NCBI GenBank assembly: GCA_918797485.1
Contig: CAKKNE010000002.1
Coordinates: 310,001-374,000 of the forward strand
From: Pelagomonas calceolata
Taxonomy: Eukaryota
Length of the DNA stretch: 64,000 nt
Reading direction: 5' to 3'
Below the pieces are notes generated by a model, which made no database searches, had not been told where the DNA came from, and saw nothing but the letters and a program-made list of their open reading frames with translations. A program made the position numbers and the translations under genes. Every line of letters begins with the position of its first letter. The first letter of the stretch is position 1. Below, piece by piece: positions 1-10,964 of this stretch.

Positions 1-44
1 GTCCAGGTATAAAACTTCAAAGTTACACGCAGCACATACAAATA

Positions 45-1019
45 TCAAACAAAGAGCACCGCCGCGGCCGCCAGGCAGCCGACCATGGCTCTGCCGACGA
101 CGCGGCCCGCACCCCCGCGCATCGCGGCACTGGTGCTCAGGGCGCCGGTGCAGTTGCCCTCGCTCGCGAGAAAGCACGGCGTCCCGTGGCCTTCGACGTT
201 CGAGCCGCGCGAGTCCCAGCAGGGGCATTCCAGGGTAAATGGACCGGAACCGTGGACGGTTTCGATGACGACCGGCTCGTCTTGACACGCGTCGTAGAGA
301 CTCCTGCACTGGTCCACCGTCACCGGGTAGGTAGACGCGTCGCCGAAGCAGCCCATCGTGAACGGGGGCGCATCCGTCAGCGTGTAGTAGTACACCGGCT
401 CTCCTCCGCTGTCCGGCGTCACGCCCACCCGCCCGCCGCAGGCGTCCAGGTCGTCGGGTTCGACGCCGCCATCAACGTGTTTGCCATAGAGGCCGTGGCC
501 GTCGAGCGCCGTTCCGATGCGAGTGGAATGGCCCGTCGTCGCATCATCTTCGTAGAGGCAGCTCATCTTCTCGTGGTAATGATAGGGCGTGGCGTGGCCG
601 CCGCAGAAGTCCAAAATCTCTCGGTCCTCGCAGCCGTCGATGGCGTGAAGCATGGCCTCGGCGAGTCGCGTGTCCATGCCCGCCGGCACGACGACATTTC
701 CCAGGCACTCATGATTCTCGCTCGTGAACCCGGCCTCCATCGGACCGTAAATATTAGTCGCGGGCCGCGTCCCGCCGCGCCGATTCTCGACGGTCGGTCG
801 CGTCGCGAGCGGACCCGCGTCTACGCAGCCCACATTTCCCCGCACTGGGATTGGCTTCAGGCCGGCGCCGATGTAGTCCGAGTCGCCAGCGAACCCACCT
901 GCGTCTGGGCACTCAAAATGCGGGTTCCCACCACCACCACCCATGCCACCGTTGCCTCCTGGCTGGGCAAGGATCATGGGTGCGACCACGCCCAGCAATT
1001 TGGTGGTTCTGCATCCCAT
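45..1019 (-). CDS. Secreted/GPI-like YHYH-domain protein
   Basis: DFCGGHATPYHYH and GTALDGHGLYG motifs; hydrophobic N-terminus from ATG 1019 (MGCRTTKLLGVVAPMILAQ) and hydrophobic C-terminus. Confidence 0.75.
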   Translation of the reverse strand: MGCRTTKLLGVVAPMILAQPGGNGGMGGGGGNPHFECPDAGGFAGDSDYIGAGLKPIPVRGNVGCVDAGPLATRPTVENRRGGTRPATNIYGPMEAGFTSENHECLGNVVVPAGMDTRLAEAMLHAIDGCEDREILDFCGGHATPYHYHEKMSCLYEDDATTGHSTRIGTALDGHGLYGKHVDGGVEPDDLDACGGRVGVTPDSGGEPVYYYTLTDAPPFTMGCFGDASTYPVTVDQCRSLYDACQDEPVVIETVHGSGPFTLECPCWDSRGSNVEGHGTPCFLASEGNCTGALSTSAAMRGGAGRVVGRAMVGCLAAAAVLFV

Positions 1020-1320
1020 GATGCCGTTGGGCAGCCAGCGCAGCCAGGTGACCTGGCAGAGCACAACACGCCCGTGTGACGGAGAGCTGAGTTGGGGTGC
1101 TGTTTTTTTTTTTTGGAAGGGGGCAAAAGAGGGGAGTTCGGGAGCCCATCCGTCGGGCTAGGACAACGCCAGGCGGTCGCGATATCGATCCTGCCGTATT
1201 TTTACAGAATTCCGAAGTTCGATCGTGCAGCGATTCGTGCTCGCGGCGCCCAGCCATAGGAAGGAAGGAATGTCGACACATCCCGCGCCGTTCGACGTCT
1301 ATCCTAATACTTTATAACTA

Positions 1321-2565
1321 CTACAATTCGCGCGATCCGCCGTCGCGCAGGATGCCGAGGTTCTCGGCCGCCTCGGCCTTCTGGGCCTTGATCAATTCCC
1401 GGCGCTTGCGCTCGCGCCGCGCGCGCTTCTTCTGGAACTCGGGGTACTTGCTGGCGATGGGGCAGTTCGCGCAGCCGTTCGAGGGGCAGTTGCCGCAGCG
1501 CGTCTTCCGCCGCTCCGTCGACACAGCGAACATGGGGCAGTCGGGGCACTGGTTCGTCGGGCAGTTCTGGCAGCGCATCGCGTGGTTCGTCGAGATGTCG
1601 AGCAGCGCCCGGCCCGCGCCCTGCGTCGACGTGAGGCCCTCGTTGCCCACGAGGCGGCCCTTGAAGTTGTAGGTCGTCATGACGCCCTCGCGCTCGCGCT
1701 CGAGCTTCACGAGCTCGTCCCACGGCACGTAGTGGATGCAGTCGACGGGGCACGTCGCGATGGCCTCGGCGACCGTGTCGTCGTCGTCGCCCTCCTGGTT
1801 GAAGCTCCGCGCCCGCCCGTGGGCGTCCTCCATGAGGAACGTCAGCGGCGCGATCGTCGCGCACGACGTGCACCCGATGCACGTGACCTCGTCCACAAAG
1901 ACGTGCCGCGTCGCCGTCGTCACGGGGTCGCCGTCGTCGTCCACCTCGATGAGCTCGTGGCTCATGACGACACCTAAGCGCTCATCCACGTCGGCCTCCT
2001 CCTGGCGGTCCATCTCGTCGTACGTCAGGAGGTCGAGCGCGGCCTCGGCGTCGGCGGACCGCGCGTCCTCGGGCTCCTGGTCGTCGGCGGGCCCGGCGTT
2101 CAGCGCCTCGAGCGCGTCGTCGAGCGGCTTGCCGTCGAGGCCTATTATCCTCTCGGGTTCGTCGTCGACGTCGCGCACCTGCAGCCGGTCGAGCTCGTCG
2201 TCGTCGAGCGCGCTGGCGAAGAGCGCGACGGCGCGGTCCGCGGCCTCGTCATCATAAATGGGCACGGCCTCGTCGGTATTTGCGTCGGCGTCGGCGTCGG
2301 CGTCGTAGGCCCCCTCGAACGTCTCGACGCCCGCGTCGTCGGTGTCGCCGTCGGAGCCCCAGCCGCTGCGCCAGCTGTCGCTGATTTTGTCCCTGAGGCC
2401 GTACCGCGGCGTCAGCCGTCTCCGGCTACCGCCGTACCGCGGCGTCAGCCGTCTCCGGCTGCCGCCGTGCAGCCAGCAGGAGGCCAAGATTGGCAGCAGG
2501 CACAAAGCTACTCGCCTCAAATCGTGCGAAGGCATTGAAGGCATTATCTGCAGCTTGGCTTCCAA
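1321..2565 (-). CDS. 4Fe-4S ferredoxin-domain protein (DnaJ-Fer-like ferredoxin, no J domain), probably plastid-targeted
   Basis: VFVDEVTCIGCTSC...AIATCPVDCIHYV; signal-like N-terminus; exact start uncertain. Confidence 0.75.
   Translation of the reverse strand: MEAKLQIMPSMPSHDLRRVALCLLPILASCWLHGGSRRRLTPRYGGSRRRLTPRYGLRDKISDSWRSGWGSDGDTDDAGVETFEGAYDADADADANTDEAVPIYDDEAADRAVALFASALDDDELDRLQVRDVDDEPERIIGLDGKPLDDALEALNAGPADDQEPEDARSADAEAALDLLTYDEMDRQEEADVDERLGVVMSHELIEVDDDGDPVTTATRHVFVDEVTCIGCTSCATIAPLTFLMEDAHGRARSFNQEGDDDDTVAEAIATCPVDCIHYVPWDELVKLEREREGVMTTYNFKGRLVGNEGLTSTQGAGRALLDISTNHAMRCQNCPTNQCPDCPMFAVSTERRKTRCGNCPSNGCANCPIASKYPEFQKKRARRERKRRELIKAQKAEAAENLGILRDGGSREL
2398..2463. repeat. 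33-bp tandem duplication inside the targeting peptide
   Basis: gccgtaccgcggcgtcagccgtctccggct repeated with period 33; encodes GGSRRRLTPRY twice. Confidence 0.9.
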
Positions 2566-2935
2566 CCGCGCTCGAGATATATCAATGCATGTTCACGTCG
2601 CATAAGACGTCTGGCGCACTCGGAAAGCAGTTTTGAGTCGAGATGATGCCAGCTTGCTTGCGAAGGCTAGAGCCTCCACCCGCTAGACTGCTTGAGAGAA
2701 TCGTGGCGAGAGAGGCGTCACGAGCAGAGGGCTGCCCGGCGCGCACGCAAGCCCTGCAGCTCGCCGCGCCCCGATTTCCTCTGCTCGGCCAAGCCTGGGC
2801 TTTAAAGCAATTCGACGCGGCGGCATGGCCACGGCGCGAAGGACTCGTAACAGGTAGGCCCGACGCCCATCGCCAAGCGAGCGGCGCCCTGAACCACAGC
2901 AAAAGCCGGGGAGGGGCAGCCCTCCTCTCGATACC

Positions 2936-5507
2936 ATGACCTCCTCGCACAACTACGGCGTGAACACGCTGAGCCTCAAGGGCGGCAACCACGACGCGAC
3001 GCGGAACTACCTGGAGGTGCTGATCTACCTCACCGTGCTCGGCATGCTCGTGCTCAGCCTCCAGCTTTTATTGAGGATGGCGCGGACGCAGATGCAGCCG
3101 CGGCCCAAGTACGTCAAGCCCGACCCGCTCTTCAAGGACTTCGCGAAGGGCCAGAACTGGAGCTGGGACTGGGTCATGGTCTTCGCCGTGCGCAACCCCG
3201 ACGACTACGTGTCGGACTACCAGCGGCGGTTCACGCTCCGGCGCGTCGTCGAGCGCCTCGAGTCGGGCGGCCTCGAGACGAAGCTCTACAAGTCGTACAC
3301 GTATGACAAGATCTTTTGTAAGATACGGTGCAGCGCGGACCGGCTCAAGGACCAAGCCGCAGAAGTGTGCTACCCCCTGCTCCTGGACGAGACGCAGGTC
3401 GTCGCGCGCATCGAGAAGGGACGGAAGAAGCCGGACGGCGAGTGGAAGTGGTACCCGCGGCGCGCGGGCTGGCTCCTGACGGGCGAGAACGAGGCCGGCG
3501 AGTACGTCGAGCGCGAGCAGGACAACGCCATCGTCGACACGGAGGGCCAGTCGGACTACCCCTATGAACGGTTTATCTACGGCAAGTTCGACAAAAGGCC
3601 GGACCTGCAGCACCCGTCGGTCTACGTGACGTACCCCGCCTCCAACAGCATCTTCCGGTCCGTCGACCGCCTCAAGCTCATCGAGGGCATCATGGAGGCG
3701 GACCCGAAGAAGCGCGGCTGCAACCTGCAGCTCAAGGAGCTGCTGGCGCGGGGCGCGTGCCTCGCGATCTACCCGCTGCACGACGACGACGAGTTGCAGA
3801 CGATCCAGGACCGCTGGCTGACGCCCTGCGACCCGCCCTGGGCGCAGCCCATCGTCATGGTCAAGGACTACTTCGGCGAGAAGGTGGGCATGTACTTCCT
3901 GTTTTTGGGGACGTACTCGACGTGGCTCTTCTACGCGGCGGGCATCGGCATCGCCTCCTTCGGGTTGGAGCTGCTGGGGGGCCAGTACCTGACCTGGGCG
4001 ACGGCGGCCTGCGGCATCTGCATGAGCCTGTGGACGACGCTCTTCCTCGAGTGCTGGAAGGGCGAGGAGGCGCGCGCGAAGCTCGAGTGGGGCATGACGG
4101 GCTTCGAGGAGACGGAGGAGGACCGCACCGAGTTCGAGGGCCGCGAGATCCACAGTCCGGTGACGGGCCTGCCCGACGCGTACTTCCCGCCGCGCGACAA
4201 GGCCCGGCGCATCGTGGGCAGCTACCTCCAGATCGTGCTCTGCATCTTCTACGTGAGCTGCGTCAACGCGGGCATCTTCTACGTCCACGCCTACGTGAGC
4301 CGCTACCCTTTGCGCAACTACGTCGACTTCCACCACCTCGCGGACGGGCCCTTCGGCGTGCCGACGGTCGTCACGAACCTCGCGCTGGCGCTGTTGATCC
4401 AGGCGACGAACGCGCTCTTCATGCCCTTCGCGACGCGCATGACCAAGGTCGAGAACCACCGGACCGAGACGGACTTCGAGGATCAATTGATAGCCAAGGT
4501 CTTCCTCTTCCAGTTCGTCAACTCGAACGGCGCGCTCTTCTACGTGGCCATGGCGCAGGGGCCCCTGACGCGCGGCATCGGCGACAAGCAGCCCTGGAAG
4601 ACGCGGCGCTTCGACTGCGCGCCGTACTGCCTCGAGCACGTCAGTTATTTGCTGGGCACGATCTTCATCGTGCGCGTCGTGCTGGGCAACTGGAACGAGG
4701 TCGTGGCGCCGTTCCTGGCGCGGCTGCGCAAGGACGCCGCGCGGCGGCGCGGCCACGACGAGGACGACGCCGAGTACGAGGACCCGGCGTCGACCAGCAT
4801 CCGCAAGCGCCAGGTGTCGCCGGCCGAGGAGCAGTTCGAGAAGGACGACTACGGCAGCCTCGACATCTTTGATGATTACGGCGAGCTCGTCGTGCAGTTC
4901 GGCTACGCGACGCTCTTCGTGTCGGCCTTCCCGCTCGCGCCGGTCTTCGCGTGCGTGAACAACTTCATCGAGATCCGGGTCGACGGCTGGAAGATGTGCC
5001 AGAACACGAAGCGGCCCTGGCCCAAGGGCGCCGAGGACATTGGTACGTGGGAGTCGGTGCTCACGGTCGTCGCGATCCTGGGGACGATCACGAACAGCAT
5101 CATGATCACGCAGACGAGCCCGGCCTTTACCAACGTGACGTCGTCGTACCGGCTCGTGGCCTTCGTCGTGCTCGAGTGGATTTTGATAGGGGCAAAGATC
5201 GTGCTCATCGGTGCACGAATCAAATTGTCGCGGCTCGTCTCACGACCTCCACACACAGGTACTGATGAGCGTCATCGACGACGTCCCGGAGGACGTCGAG
5301 CTCCAGGAGCAGCGCCAGGAATTCCTCGTGACGAAGATCATCGTCGACGAGGCCGACGAGGAAATAGATCTCGAGGACGACGAGTTCATAGAGATCGACG
5401 AGCCCAAGGTCTACCAGTCGGACCCCTGCCTCCGCGAGGACGCCGGCGGCGGCGACGAGGACGACGGGCCAGGCGGTGAGAAGAAAGAGCCTGACGCGGA
5501 GGAGTAA
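2936..5507 (+). CDS. Anoctamin/TMEM16 channel-scramblase; exons 2936-5200 and 5259-5507 (837 aa)
   Basis: KDYFGEKVGMYFLFLG, ENHRTETDFED, FPLAPVFACVNNFIEIRVD, IGTW motifs; splicing gives GAKI|VLMSVIDDVP. Confidence 0.9.
5201..5258 (+). mobile_element. Introner-type intron, 58 nt, GT-AG (element 5209-5258)
   Basis: Restores frame; duplication GTGCTCAT/GTACTGAT (6/8); element starts CGGTGCACGAATCAAATTGTCGCGGC, nearly as at 61567; ends CACACACAG. Confidence 0.85.
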
Positions 5508-5694
5508 CGGCGCCGTGTTTTTGTAGTTCGACCCACTGCCGACCCCCGAACGACGCCCGGCCGCGCGCGCCGCCGGTAAGTGCACAGTGTCTGCTGGCGC
5601 GAGAGTTTGAGAGCGAGAGAATAGATGAGGGTCGCATGAAGTATGCACCCCAAATTTTTCTCAGAAAGCATATTCTTACGTGGCGCGCCCGACG

Positions 5695-6480
5695 ATGGCG
5701 GAACAGGCGAAGATTTTGTTCGCGGAGGCCGAGGAGAACAATCTGGACGACAACGTGAACGATGAGCGGTTTGCCCGGTGGTACACGTGCAGTCTGTGCG
5801 AGCAAGACTACCACGGCGTCGTGGCGTGCGCGCTTGGGTGGGCGTGCTGGAAGACGTACTTGGGGCGGCCGGAGGCGGACTGGCCTCGACAATCCGCGAT
5901 GACGCAGCTTGGGCACGGTTTATCTCATGCAGACCACTACGCGGACGCGTTGACCGTGAAAGAGGCCGAGTTGTCCATGCGGCGGCGACTTGGCCAGCCG
6001 AACGGCGTCATACTTGCTGTGCAGGGCAATATTGCGATCACGTATCTAAAGCTTGGACGGCTTGACGAGGCCCTGCGCATGCGGCGGGACATGTACTCTG
6101 AAAGTTTGAAGCTCTTTGGCGAAGAACATTCGATTACCCTCCTTGCAGCCCTCAACTACGGCTCGTCGCTAAATCAACTAGATCGATTCAAAGAGGCCAA
6201 ATCACTCTTTCGCAAAGCGGTGCCCGTGGCGCGACGGGTTCTCGGAGAAAATCATAACACCACGTTCAACTCAAGGATGATCTACGCGCGGTCGCTCTTC
6301 CGGGACCCTAGCGCCACGCTCGACGATCTCCGCGAGGCCGTGACGACGCTCGAGGAGACAGAACGGACCGCGCGACGCGTGCTCGGTGGCGCGCACCCGG
6401 CCACAGCGGCACATGAGGGAGCCCTGCGAAAAGCGCGAGCCGCGCTCCGCGCCCGCGAAACGCCGTCGGAGACCTCGTAA
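5695..6480 (+). CDS. TPR/kinesin-light-chain-like repeat protein with CxxC motif, probably 5'-truncated
   Basis: RWYTCSLCEQDYHG; TPR_12-like repeats (LFGEEHSITL, VLGENHNTT, VLGGAHPAT); lower GC3 than neighbours. Confidence 0.65.
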   Translation: MAEQAKILFAEAEENNLDDNVNDERFARWYTCSLCEQDYHGVVACALGWACWKTYLGRPEADWPRQSAMTQLGHGLSHADHYADALTVKEAELSMRRRLGQPNGVILAVQGNIAITYLKLGRLDEALRMRRDMYSESLKLFGEEHSITLLAALNYGSSLNQLDRFKEAKSLFRKAVPVARRVLGENHNTTFNSRMIYARSLFRDPSATLDDLREAVTTLEETERTARRVLGGAHPATAAHEGALRKARAALRARETPSETS

Positions 6481-6517
6481 GTATTCACAAAAATCGCCGA
6501 GCTAACGTTCAACCAAA

Positions 6518-7393
6518 TTACTCGTCCTCGCCCTCGTCGAGGACGCTCTCGCGCACGCCGGCCTCGAGCGCGCGCGACTCGAGCTCGACCAGGCCCTTGC
6601 GCAGCAGCAGCTCGAGGGCCCGGAGCGCGCCCACGGCCCAGACGTAGGCCTGCCGCACCACGAGCAGCTTCAGCGGCAGCGGCGCGTGCACGAGCGGCGA
6701 CCAGAGCGCGTAGTTCGTCCAGCACGCGCGCGACGTCAGGCCCGCGACGGCCGCGACGGCGAGGAGCGGCCGCGCGAGCGCCAGGACGAGCGCGGCGGTC
6801 AGCAGCGTCAGGCCGCGCGCCGCGCGCCGCGAGTCCAGCAGGGACCCGAGCAGCACGCCCGCCGGGCCGCTCTCGGCGTTCAGCCGCCGCAGGTCGAGCG
6901 CGTAGCGGTCGTACCAGAGCTTCGACGCCTTCGCGGGCTCCAGCCGCCGCAGGTTGTTCAGGGCGCTCAGCGAGACCCACTGGCCGCGCGCCTTGCGCGG
7001 CCGCACGACCGCCGTGTCCTCGAGGGCGTCGCCCCAGATGAGGCAGCTCCGCGGCGCCTCCTCGCTCGCGCGCGCCACGAGCCAGTCCGGCGCCTCGACC
7101 ATCAGCCGCGGCGGCGGGTTCGCCGTCGTGCCGTCGCCGAAGTTGAGGCCGCGCTCCGCGAGCGCCTTGCTGAACACGAGGACGCGCTCCTGCCGGCGTC
7201 GTACCTGTTCGACGAGCCAGGTCCGCCGCGCCCGGGCGTCGGCGTCGACGGCGTCCTCCGGCTCCGCGGCGGTCTCGCCGCCTCGGATCGCGAGTCCGGC
7301 GCGGCGCGGCAACGACGGCTTGCACCGCGCAGATGCGGCTGGTCGGCTTGCGAGGAGCCCGACGAGGAGCTGGATCGCGCGCTGCCGTCGCAT
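6518..7393 (-). CDS. Hypothetical membrane protein with signal-like N-terminus
   Basis: High-GC3 codon bias; hydrophobic segments near the C-terminus; MRRQRAIQLLVGLLA start. Confidence 0.6.
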   Translation of the reverse strand: MRRQRAIQLLVGLLASRPAASARCKPSLPRRAGLAIRGGETAAEPEDAVDADARARRTWLVEQVRRRQERVLVFSKALAERGLNFGDGTTANPPPRLMVEAPDWLVARASEEAPRSCLIWGDALEDTAVVRPRKARGQWVSLSALNNLRRLEPAKASKLWYDRYALDLRRLNAESGPAGVLLGSLLDSRRAARGLTLLTAALVLALARPLLAVAAVAGLTSRACWTNYALWSPLVHAPLPLKLLVVRQAYVWAVGALRALELLLRKGLVELESRALEAGVRESVLDEGEDE

Positions 7394-7781
7394 GTTTGCT
7401 GAGGTGCAAGCTTGTTGCTTGCTGCTGAGTGCAAGCTTGCTTTGAGAGAGTTGAGGTTGCAGAAGCGCCTCGCCTCGGTGCAACGGGTGCCGTGAACAGT
7501 GCGTAATCACTTACAGCTTGGCTGTTAGTGGTTTTGGTCGCGCGTAAACTTGCCTCGCTGCTGGCTTGGTACGCGTTTAGTGAGTTTAGCGCTAGCCTGC
7601 GCATTTTTTAGCAAAAAAAAGGCATTGCCGTGCAAATTGCTCTCACACCCAGCTTTAAAAAACGTGCACGAATTGTTGTTGATTGCCCTCGCGCGGCTCC
7701 CACCAAGAAACTGCATTTCTAAGGGTCATCAAGGCAGTGCTAAGGGGGTCATCAAGGCAGTCCAGCCAGCTTGGGCCCAGC

Positions 7782-8541
7782 CATGGAGAGAGCAGACAGA
7801 AAAAGCCACGGCCCCTTCCTACTCCACAACACACCACTAGCAAAGGGGCAGGAAGCGCCGACAGCGGCGCCGCCGCCGCCGGAGAACGCGTCCGTCTCGG
7901 CGGTGCGCGTCGCGCAGACCGAGAGGTTCGTGGACGCCATCCAGGTCCAGTACAAAAACGGCGAGGGCGACTGGCACGGGAGCTTCGAGTCGTCGGGCGA
8001 GCTCAGCGCGTGGCAGACGCTCGCCTGCATGGGCGACGAGCACGTCACGCGCGTCGTCGTCTACCTGACGCCCGAGGGCCAGGTGCGGCGGCTCAAGGTC
8101 GGCACGAGCGAGGGCCGTGTCCTGGACTCGGCGGCAGTGAGCGGCATCGACGTCGACGTCGACGCGGGCGGCACGACGACGCGGATGTGCGACAGCGCGG
8201 GCGACGTGCTGCGCGGCGTCGCCGAGGCGCTGACGGTCCGCGACGGCGTCGCAACGCGCGAGGTCTCGTTCCTGTTCGGCGCCGCGGCGCCGCCGAGGCC
8301 GCCGCCGCCGCCGGCCGGCGCGAAGAAGCGGAACGTCCGGTCCTTCTCCGCGCCCGAGGCGCGGCCCTCCGTCGACGCGCCGCCGCCCGAGATCGTCAAC
8401 GAGCGCGAGACGCTCGAGACGTACTTCCGGTCCGCGAGCAACACGTCGGCCGCGCTCATGGGGCTGGACCTCCTGCGCGCGAACCTGTGCTACCCGAGGA
8501 GCTCGACGCCCCGCGGAGGGAAGAAGGGGGGGAAAAAATAA
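7782..8541 (+). CDS. Jacalin-like lectin-fold protein
   Basis: VDAIQVQY...WHG...DEHVTRVVV...VRRLKVGTSEGR resembles the jacalin beta-prism pattern; start approximate. Confidence 0.5.
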
Positions 8542-8558
8542 CTTACTGTTGTGAACAA

Positions 8559-10154
8559 CTAATCGAGCGCGTCCGCGGTGTCTGCCTTGACTGCCGGAGC
8601 CGGCGGCGGCGGCGGCGCGGGCGGAACCGGCGGCGGTCTCGAGTCGTCCGGCCGGTCCGGCGCGGGCACGTGGAACTTGTCGCCGGGCGCGAGACCGGCG
8701 GGGACCGTCGCCTGTATCGCGACGCCGCGGAACGTGAAATTGACTTTGTCCCCCGGCCGCGCGCCAGCTGGTACAACAACAGCGAGCATCCGTCGCGCGT
8801 CCGGCGCCGCGCGGTGCGGCGCGGCGACCGTCCGGGCCTCGTCGTCGTCGCTCGACGCCGTCGCGCTCTCGTCGTCGTCGTCGTCGTCGAGGCGCTCCGC
8901 GAAGTCGCCGGCCACGAAGGCGTCGTCGTCGCCCTCGGGCGCGAGGTAGAGGTAGCGCTGCTGGTTCTCGCAGACGCGCTCCCGCGGCGGGTCGCCGCGG
9001 ATGCCGAGCCATGCGAAGAGGTCGCGCTGCTCCGCCTCGGACTCGAAGAGCGCCTCGCAGTCGTAGGTCCGGACGTTCGCCGGGAACTCGCGCTCGAGCT
9101 CGGCGCAGGCGGCGTAGTACGCGTCGTAGAAGGCCCGGATCGCGCCGCGCTTCGTCGCCGCGGCGTGGTTCGGCAGCGTGAGGTCCCACTCGTCCCACTC
9201 CCACTCGGCCGCGTCGTGGTCCGCGAAGGGGTTCTTCGCCGCGCCGAAGCCCGGCGCGTCTCCATTAATTGTGCGCCGCCGCGCGCCGGCTTCCGTCCAG
9301 TAGTACCACGACTCGACGCACGCGCGCCGCTCGCGCCGCAGCACGACGAAGCGCGTCGCCGGCGCGACCTCGAGCACGGCGCGCGCGTAGGGCAGCCAGG
9401 CCCAGTGGATGTCGCCGACGACGTCGGCGCCGCGCACCTTCTCGAGCGCCGCGAGGCGCCGCGCCGCGACGGCGCCGCGCGCCTCGCCCGGCGCCCAGAG
9501 CAGCGGCCGGTCGTCGGGCGCGCAGGACAGGCACGCCGCCGCCGACCGCGCGCCGAGGCCCGCGAGCCGCGCCAGCGAGTGGAGCCCGCACCGCCCCGCG
9601 CCGAGGCCGATCCAGACCTTCGCCGCCGGCGCCGCCGCGGGCGGGGGCCGCGGGACCGGCGCGAGCGGCGACATGTCGTCGGCCTCGTCGTCGACGGCGA
9701 CGAGGGCCCGCGACGCCTGGTCCCGCGTCCGCGCCACGGACGCCTCGCGGCAGCGCTGGATGCGCGGCGTGCACTGCGCGTAGAGCTTCTCGTCGGCCTC
9801 GACCGCGCGGTAGTAGAGGCTCGAGGCCGCGCGCGGCTTGCCGAGCGCCTCGAGCGCCGCGGCCGCGCGGAACCAGGCCTTGGCGTGGCCGGGGAAGGCG
9901 CGCGCGCCGCGCGCCGCGTCGCAGTAGGCCTCGGCCCAGAGGCCCAGCTTGCCGGCGACGATGGCGCGGTTCGTCAGGCAGACGCCGACGCCCTTGGCGA
10001 AGCCCGCGCGCGCGAACGCCGCGGCGGCCTCGGTGTACTTGGCGAGGGCCGCCTCGTGGTCGCCGGCCAGCGCGAGCTCGCGGCCGGCGGCGCGGAGCTG
10101 TTCCGCGGCGTGGATGGGGAGGGAGTAGGCGGGTGCGCCGTCGGTTTGCGCCAT
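8559..10154 (-). CDS. TPR + sulfotransferase-like (P-loop) protein with C-terminal VPxGxxPG module
   Basis: N-terminal TPR (NRAIV...KAWFRAAAALEALGK); IGLGAGRCGLHSL and RFVVLRRERRACVESW sulfotransferase-like motifs. Confidence 0.65.
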   Translation of the reverse strand: MAQTDGAPAYSLPIHAAEQLRAAGRELALAGDHEAALAKYTEAAAAFARAGFAKGVGVCLTNRAIVAGKLGLWAEAYCDAARGARAFPGHAKAWFRAAAALEALGKPRAASSLYYRAVEADEKLYAQCTPRIQRCREASVARTRDQASRALVAVDDEADDMSPLAPVPRPPPAAAPAAKVWIGLGAGRCGLHSLARLAGLGARSAAACLSCAPDDRPLLWAPGEARGAVAARRLAALEKVRGADVVGDIHWAWLPYARAVLEVAPATRFVVLRRERRACVESWYYWTEAGARRRTINGDAPGFGAAKNPFADHDAAEWEWDEWDLTLPNHAAATKRGAIRAFYDAYYAACAELEREFPANVRTYDCEALFESEAEQRDLFAWLGIRGDPPRERVCENQQRYLYLAPEGDDDAFVAGDFAERLDDDDDDESATASSDDDEARTVAAPHRAAPDARRMLAVVVPAGARPGDKVNFTFRGVAIQATVPAGLAPGDKFHVPAPDRPDDSRPPPVPPAPPPPPAPAVKADTADALD

Positions 10155-10485
10155 TTTTCAAGGAGTGGACTTTGTTAATCGTCCACTACGCCGTCAATTT
10201 ATCGATTTTTGATCTACGAGATGGTGCAGCGAGTAATTTCAATACAAATTGGCAAGCTTATGCTGTTTTTGCAGCATCGCGTGCATTTCTATGGCTGGCT
10301 GTGGCCTCACGCCTCCGGCGCTTTAGTTAGCCGAGTGAGGTACTAGCTATTTTCGAGCCGTCGTGCTAGAGGGGCTACAATAAGCGACTCTCTCTCTTTT
10401 CCAGCGAGATTCAAGAAGAAACTTTATGGTATCACATCCGGCAGCTGCTCGTCGCACGCCGGCCCCGCCTCGTCGCGCGCACAGT

Positions 10486-10964
10486 CTAGATCTCGTCGAA
10501 GTCGATGCCGATATCATCATTGGCGTCGTCTCCTTCCATTGCCATGTCTACGGCCGTCTCGTTGATGCGCGCCGTCTCGGGTAGCTCCCCGTACTGCTTG
10601 AGATTTCTTGCTTCATCAGCATTATACTTGTGGATGATGTCCACCTGTGCGTGAACGACGGTTACAGGTTGTTGTTGCGCTAGGACGCTGCTCAGCGAGC
10701 CTTGTCGTCCTGGTACTCCCTCAATCCAACAAGCACGATGTCGCCCGCCGACACCCAGACCTTCTTACGCATCTTGCCACGGATGTGGCCAAGGCGCGTG
10801 ACGCCGTCGAAGCAGTAGCATTCGCATCTGCCGTTACCTAGCATACGCACGACCTGCGAGTACTCCTGGCCGGGCTCCTTGAATTCGAGCTGGCGTTTGG
10901 TCTCCTCGTTCTCGTTCTTGCCGCGCCTCCGGTTCTTGCCGCCCTTGCCCTTATTCTTAGGCAT
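10486..10964 (-). CDS. EIF1A: Translation initiation factor eIF1A; exons 10964-10701 and 10644-10486 (140 aa)
   Basis: [17 protein letters not shown]...[12 protein letters not shown]; exon 2 [23 protein letters not shown]. Confidence 0.97.
10645..10700 (-). other. 56-nt GC-AG intron in eIF1A
   Basis: AAG|GCTCGC...CACGCACAG|GTG restores the conserved frame; no clear TSD. Confidence 0.85.
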
